Shown in pieces: positions 60,294 to 64,000 of a stretch of DNA of 64,000 bases. The position numbers were made by a program, and so were the translations under genes. Under the pieces are notes generated by a model. That model was not told where the DNA came from, did not search any database, and was given only the letters and a program-made list of their open reading frames with translations. Positions within the stretch are counted from its first letter, which is position 1, and each line of letters starts with the position of its first letter. The stretch comes from Deltaproteobacteria bacterium (lineage in GTDB: Bacteria; Desulfobacterota; Syntrophia; Syntrophales; UBA8958), in the NCBI GenBank assembly GCA_026388335.1, contig JAPLJZ010000245.1:3137-67136 (forward strand), read 5' to 3'.

Positions 60294-61481
60294 TCATGAA
60301 AGCTGCTCAAGTACTTCTTGCGTGGATTGCAGCATATATTCAAAATCATGGTTGCTCATCCAGTGGTGAAACGGAAACGAAATCATATTATCAAAAAATA
60401 AGTCTGTATATGGGCAATCCGCCTCACCAAAACCCAGTTTCTGGTAAAAGGGATATCTGTTCAACGGATAGTACTGGACTACGCATTGAATCCCTTTTTC
60501 ATAGGCCAGCGACTTAATGATCTCGTCGCGTCTTCCATTTATCACACGGGCAACCAGAAGATGATAGTTATGGCGATCAGAATCAACGCGATGAAATTCC
60601 AGGGCACCATATTGGCGCAACGTGTCCATGAAATACAAGGCCCTATTGCGTTTTTCCCGGTTCATCTGATCAAGCCGCTCCAAAAGCTTGGCTCCCAGCG
60701 CACACTCGACTTCACCCAGGCAATAATTGTTGGGCCATAATATCTGCTCGTTCAGTTCCGGGAAATCCACGTTGCCCATAGCCGGAAGCCAATAATTCTC
60801 CCTCTCAAAGGGAAAAGGACAATGGCCATTGTGTCTAAGCAATGGGATAATGCTGGCCACCCCGGGAGCCTTGACAACGAGGACACCGCCTTCACCCAGA
60901 GTGGTTATGTTCTTGTGCGAATGCAAAGAAAATATGCTGATGTCCCCAAAGGTACCAGTTTTTTTGCCATCTACAGATGTTCCCATTGATTGTGCGGCAT
61001 CTTCAATGAGAAGGATATTGTGCTGTTTGGCCAAGTTAACAATGGCAGGCATGTCCGCAGCATAACCGTAAAGATGGACAACCACGATGGCCCTGGTTTT
61101 CGGAGTGATTTTTTTGGCTAAGGTATCGACCGTCACCACGCGGGTTTGAAGGTCGATATCCGCCCAGATGATTTTCGCGCCTTTCTTGGCAAAAGGATAC
61201 GCGCTGGAAGTAAAGGTATGGGAAGGGATAATGACCTCGTCCCCAAGTTGAAATTGACAAAGCTGGGCAGCCAGTTCCAGAGCAGCTGTCGCGTTATTGA
61301 CAGCAAAGGCATGATTGGCCCCAACATAGTCACAAAACTTCTGCTCAAAGGCCTTCTGATAGGCCCCCTGGGTATAAGGCTCCGCCGTCTTCATAGCATA
61401 TACAACGGTGTCGATTTCTTCCTGGGTATAATCGTGTGCCTTGCCGCTGAATTTTATTCTAAAATCCATATGTTTCTTCAA
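60294..61481 (-). CDS. DegT/DnrJ-family aminotransferase
   Basis: NNATAAL, VHLYG, IEDAAQS, FSLHSHKN, GEGG. Confidence 0.92.
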   Translation of the reverse strand: MKKHMDFRIKFSGKAHDYTQEEIDTVVYAMKTAEPYTQGAYQKAFEQKFCDYVGANHAFAVNNATAALELAAQLCQFQLGDEVIIPSHTFTSSAYPFAKKGAKIIWADIDLQTRVVTVDTLAKKITPKTRAIVVVHLYGYAADMPAIVNLAKQHNILLIEDAAQSMGTSVDGKKTGTFGDISIFSLHSHKNITTLGEGGVLVVKAPGVASIIPLLRHNGHCPFPFERENYWLPAMGNVDFPELNEQILWPNNYCLGEVECALGAKLLERLDQMNREKRNRALYFMDTLRQYGALEFHRVDSDRHNYHLLVARVINGRRDEIIKSLAYEKGIQCVVQYYPLNRYPFYQKLGFGEADCPYTDLFFDNMISFPFHHWMSNHDFEYMLQSTQEVLEQLS

Positions 61482-61562
61482 ATTTATTTATGCTGACTGG
61501 TCGAGGGAGCTGCCGGGAAGCATGTATAAAGGTCAAATACGTAGAGGTGATATTCAACTATT

Positions 61563-62705
61563 TTACCCCTCAGTCAACATATTCAATATGTTAGCGATTT
61601 CTTTTTCATAAAAGGGCGTTGGATTTTGATCGAGCGCTCCTTTAAGCTGCATCGTCTCATCGGTGATAAAACCGATATCTGCCTGTTTGACACCAAGCTT
61701 GCTCAAATTATGGGTAATCTGGAATTTTTCCCAGCATTCACGCAGCTCTGTTAATAATAATTCCTGGGCGAGATTCGTCTCAAGTTTGTTCGGGTTGTAC
61801 AGGTCCGCATAGCCTGTATAGCCAGCCCTGATATTATGATCTATCACATAGGGCAAAAATATTCCGCCGCCGAGACCGTGCGGCACATGGTAATGTACGC
61901 TCATGGGATAGGACATGGCGGCTGCGGGACCTGTTCCGGAATGCATTAAGGCGATACCGGATAAGAAGGCACCGAACATAACTTCTTCCCGCAAAAGGAC
62001 ATTATCCAGATCATCGACCAAGAGAGGAAGTGTCTCAAAAACCCGGAGGAAGCCTTCCTTCGCAAAAAATCTTGCCATGCGGTTTGATTTTTTTGCGGCA
62101 AAGGCTTCCACAGCATGCACCAGGCTGTCGACACCGGCGGAAATGGTCGGCCCTTTGGGACAAGACAGAGTAAGTTCTGGATCTAAAAACGCATATGTGG
62201 GCCGCACTGCTTCGCCGTTAATCCCCAGCTTTTTCTTTGCCTGGCTGTCGATAAAAGAAGCGTTGGGCGTCACTTCACTACCCGTGCCCGCCGTTGTTGG
62301 CACGGCAATAATCGGTAGCACCAGCTCGGTCATTTTGTCAAAGCCCCGATAGTCAATGGCCGGTTTTTTGTTGTGCACCAATACAGCCATTGCCTTCGCC
62401 ATGTCCAATGCGCTTCCGCCCCCAATGCCGATGATCACCTGAAGATCAGGATCATTGAATTGCCCTCTGACATTATCCAATGAATCATATGTTGGTTCAG
62501 ATATGGTGCATTCTGCTTTGATTAAGCGGTCTGACTTACCAAGTGAATGAATTAGTGAGTCGACATCCTGGTTTTGAATCAAATTATGATCATAAACTAG
62601 CCCGACATGATTCCAACTTTCGGCTTTTAAAATATTGAGGATGTATTTACTCACCCCGCATCCGAACTTCACTTTTGTCTTTAATGAAAAATCAAATATG
62701 TTCAT
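61563..62705 (-). CDS. Iron-containing alcohol dehydrogenase family protein
   Basis: GGGSALD, VPTTAGTGSE, DSLVHAVE, VPHG. Confidence 0.9.
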   Translation of the reverse strand: MNIFDFSLKTKVKFGCGVSKYILNILKAESWNHVGLVYDHNLIQNQDVDSLIHSLGKSDRLIKAECTISEPTYDSLDNVRGQFNDPDLQVIIGIGGGSALDMAKAMAVLVHNKKPAIDYRGFDKMTELVLPIIAVPTTAGTGSEVTPNASFIDSQAKKKLGINGEAVRPTYAFLDPELTLSCPKGPTISAGVDSLVHAVEAFAAKKSNRMARFFAKEGFLRVFETLPLLVDDLDNVLLREEVMFGAFLSGIALMHSGTGPAAAMSYPMSVHYHVPHGLGGGIFLPYVIDHNIRAGYTGYADLYNPNKLETNLAQELLLTELRECWEKFQITHNLSKLGVKQADIGFITDETMQLKGALDQNPTPFYEKEIANILNMLTEG

Positions 62706-62798
62706 GTGAAAATTCTTCGTTTTTTAATTGTTAGGTACACTGGGACTTTAAATGATCGTATTTCGTTGGTTACCGATCATAAAGGGCTGTTTTAGAAA

Positions 62799-62817
62799 AA
62801 TGTTGCTGAGCAACATT
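62799..62817. promoter_or_regulatory. Operator-like inverted repeat upstream of the Fe-ADH gene
   Basis: AATGTTGCT-G-AGCAACATT, perfect 9-bp arms, in a roughly 200-bp intergenic gap. Confidence 0.4.
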
Positions 62818-62911
62818 ACACAAGCAGCGGCTTTTATTGCATTACTACAACAATGTATGAAAATTTGTGCATTCAGAATAATGACCGGGGGCCATGCGGA
62901 GTCTGAGAACA

Positions 62912-63111
62912 CTATTCCAAGTTGCTTTCCTCTTTGGGGATGGTGAAGTTATCAAGGGCTTCCCTGAGCCTGTTTATGGATTCATTAACTGCCAGGAGGT
63001 CGTTGTCGGACCAGTCAGTGACGTCGGTCTTCTCCTTTTTCTCCCGGAACTTCTCAAGGAACGGACAAAAAACAGCGATGATGGGTAGATCGTACAACTT
63101 TCCTTTTTCAT
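62912..63111 (-). pseudogene. Small (about 66 aa) hypothetical gene with an apparent 1-bp frameshift just after the start codon
   Basis: AAGGAG SD plus ATGA overlap at 63111; ATG-A5-GG; one extra A gives MKKGKLYDLPIIAVFCPFLEKF...EESNLE*. Confidence 0.45.
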
Positions 63112-64000
63112 ACGCTTGCTCCTTCGTGTTCGCCTCCTTTGCTCTTTTGAGGGGTAAACTCAGGAACGATCTTTTGTAGCTCTCGTTTAATGGCTTCTGC
63201 ATCGAAGGTGTCAGCTACGGCAATCAATTCATCGATCTCGGCGCTTAGGATCTGAAAATCGCCATGGTTTCCCTGGATGACCTTAATCTTTTGGTGAGAG
63301 GTCGGCATGATGCCCTCGCCGACGGTAATCAGCTCCTCATAAAGCTTCTCACCGGGGCGCAAGCCAATGAATTCAATGGGGATGTCCCGGTCCGGCTCAA
63401 AGCCGTGGAGGCGAATCACGTCTCTCGCCATATCAACAATTTTGACTGGTTTGCCCATATCCAGGATGAATACTTCGCCGCCCTGGCCCATGGCCCCTGC
63501 CTGCAAAATCAACTGAGCCGCTTCGGGAATACTCATAAAATAGCGGGTCACTTCCGGATGGGTCACAGTTACCGGTTTGCCCTGGCTGATCTGCTGCTGA
63601 AAAATCGGTATTACGGACCCTGAACTCCCGATGACATTCCCAAAACGCACCGAAACAAAACGGGTTGCTGCCTGGTCATTCAAAGCGGCAAGAATCAATT
63701 CGGCAACTCTTTTTGCCGCCCCCATGACGTTAGTCGGTCGCACCGCCTTGTCTGTCGATACCAGCACAAAACGCTCCACCCCTGATTCCGTTGCCGTCAG
63801 GGCCAAGTTGCGGGTTCCGACAACATTGTTGTATACCGTTTCCCGTGGATGGATTTCCTGGAGGGGCACATGCTTGTAAGCGGCGGCATGAAAAATTACC
63901 TCGGGCTTGAAATCGCCAATAGTCTGCCGGACCGCCCGCAGGTCACGAATATCCGTCAGGTAAGTTTGTATTTGGAGGTCCGGGAAATACTGTCTGCACA
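63108..64000 (-). CDS. UDP-GlcNAc 4,6-dehydratase (PglF/WbpM/CapD family), 5' part outside the window
   Basis: Frame open to the right edge: HAAAYKHVP, STDKAV, MGAAKR, VRFGNVIGSSGSV, GLRPGEKLYEEL. Confidence 0.9.
   Translation of the reverse strand, partial: CRQYFPDLQIQTYLTDIRDLRAVRQTIGDFKPEVIFHAAAYKHVPLQEIHPRETVYNNVVGTRNLALTATESGVERFVLVSTDKAVRPTNVMGAAKRVAELILAALNDQAATRFVSVRFGNVIGSSGSVIPIFQQQISQGKPVTVTHPEVTRYFMSIPEAAQLILQAGAMGQGGEVFILDMGKPVKIVDMARDVIRLHGFEPDRDIPIEFIGLRPGEKLYEELITVGEGIMPTSHQKIKVIQGNHGDFQILSAEIDELIAVADTFDAEAIKRELQKIVPEFTPQKSKGGEHEGASV

Noticed and set aside
29512-62705. Secreted antibiotic (aminoglycoside-like) cluster
   Set aside because: No NRPS, PKS, DOI synthase, resistance or regulator genes; NeuB/SpsF/PseG/WbqC/PglF context points to a surface glycan
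1-64000. CRISPR arrays, tRNA/rRNA genes, prophage or defence genes
   Set aside because: No periodic repeats or RNA-gene signatures were seen; intergenic gaps are short and all long ORFs are accounted for

Overview
Nearly the whole 64 kb is one tightly packed, co-directional (minus-strand) surface-glycan biosynthesis and tailoring locus of about 57 genes, open at both ends. It runs from a truncated PglF/CapD-type UDP-sugar dehydratase at the right edge to a GT-C-like membrane protein, missed by the ORF track, at the left edge. Tailoring enzymes dominate: 2 NeuB-type synthases, 5 cytidylyltransferases (NeuA-PseG fusion, 3 SpsF-like, KdsB-like), 3 carbamoyltransferases, 5 radical SAM enzymes (3 cobalamin-binding), 8 SAM methyltransferases, 4 DegT-type aminotransferases, a formyltransferase, WqbC-family WbqC, a FemAB-like protein, an M28 peptidase and a PglK-like ABC exporter. 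There are only 2 conventional GT2 enzymes, plus 5 orphan transferase-like proteins. The standout is a pyruvate kinase-ATP sulfurylase fusion followed by an APS-kinase homologue. Both carry substitutions in sulfate-binding motifs and no sulfotransferase is visible, so this may be an undescribed group-activation pathway. Also present: an IS3 remnant, a REP-like element, a small frameshifted gene and an operator-like palindrome. All assignments come from motif recognition by eye; no searches were run.
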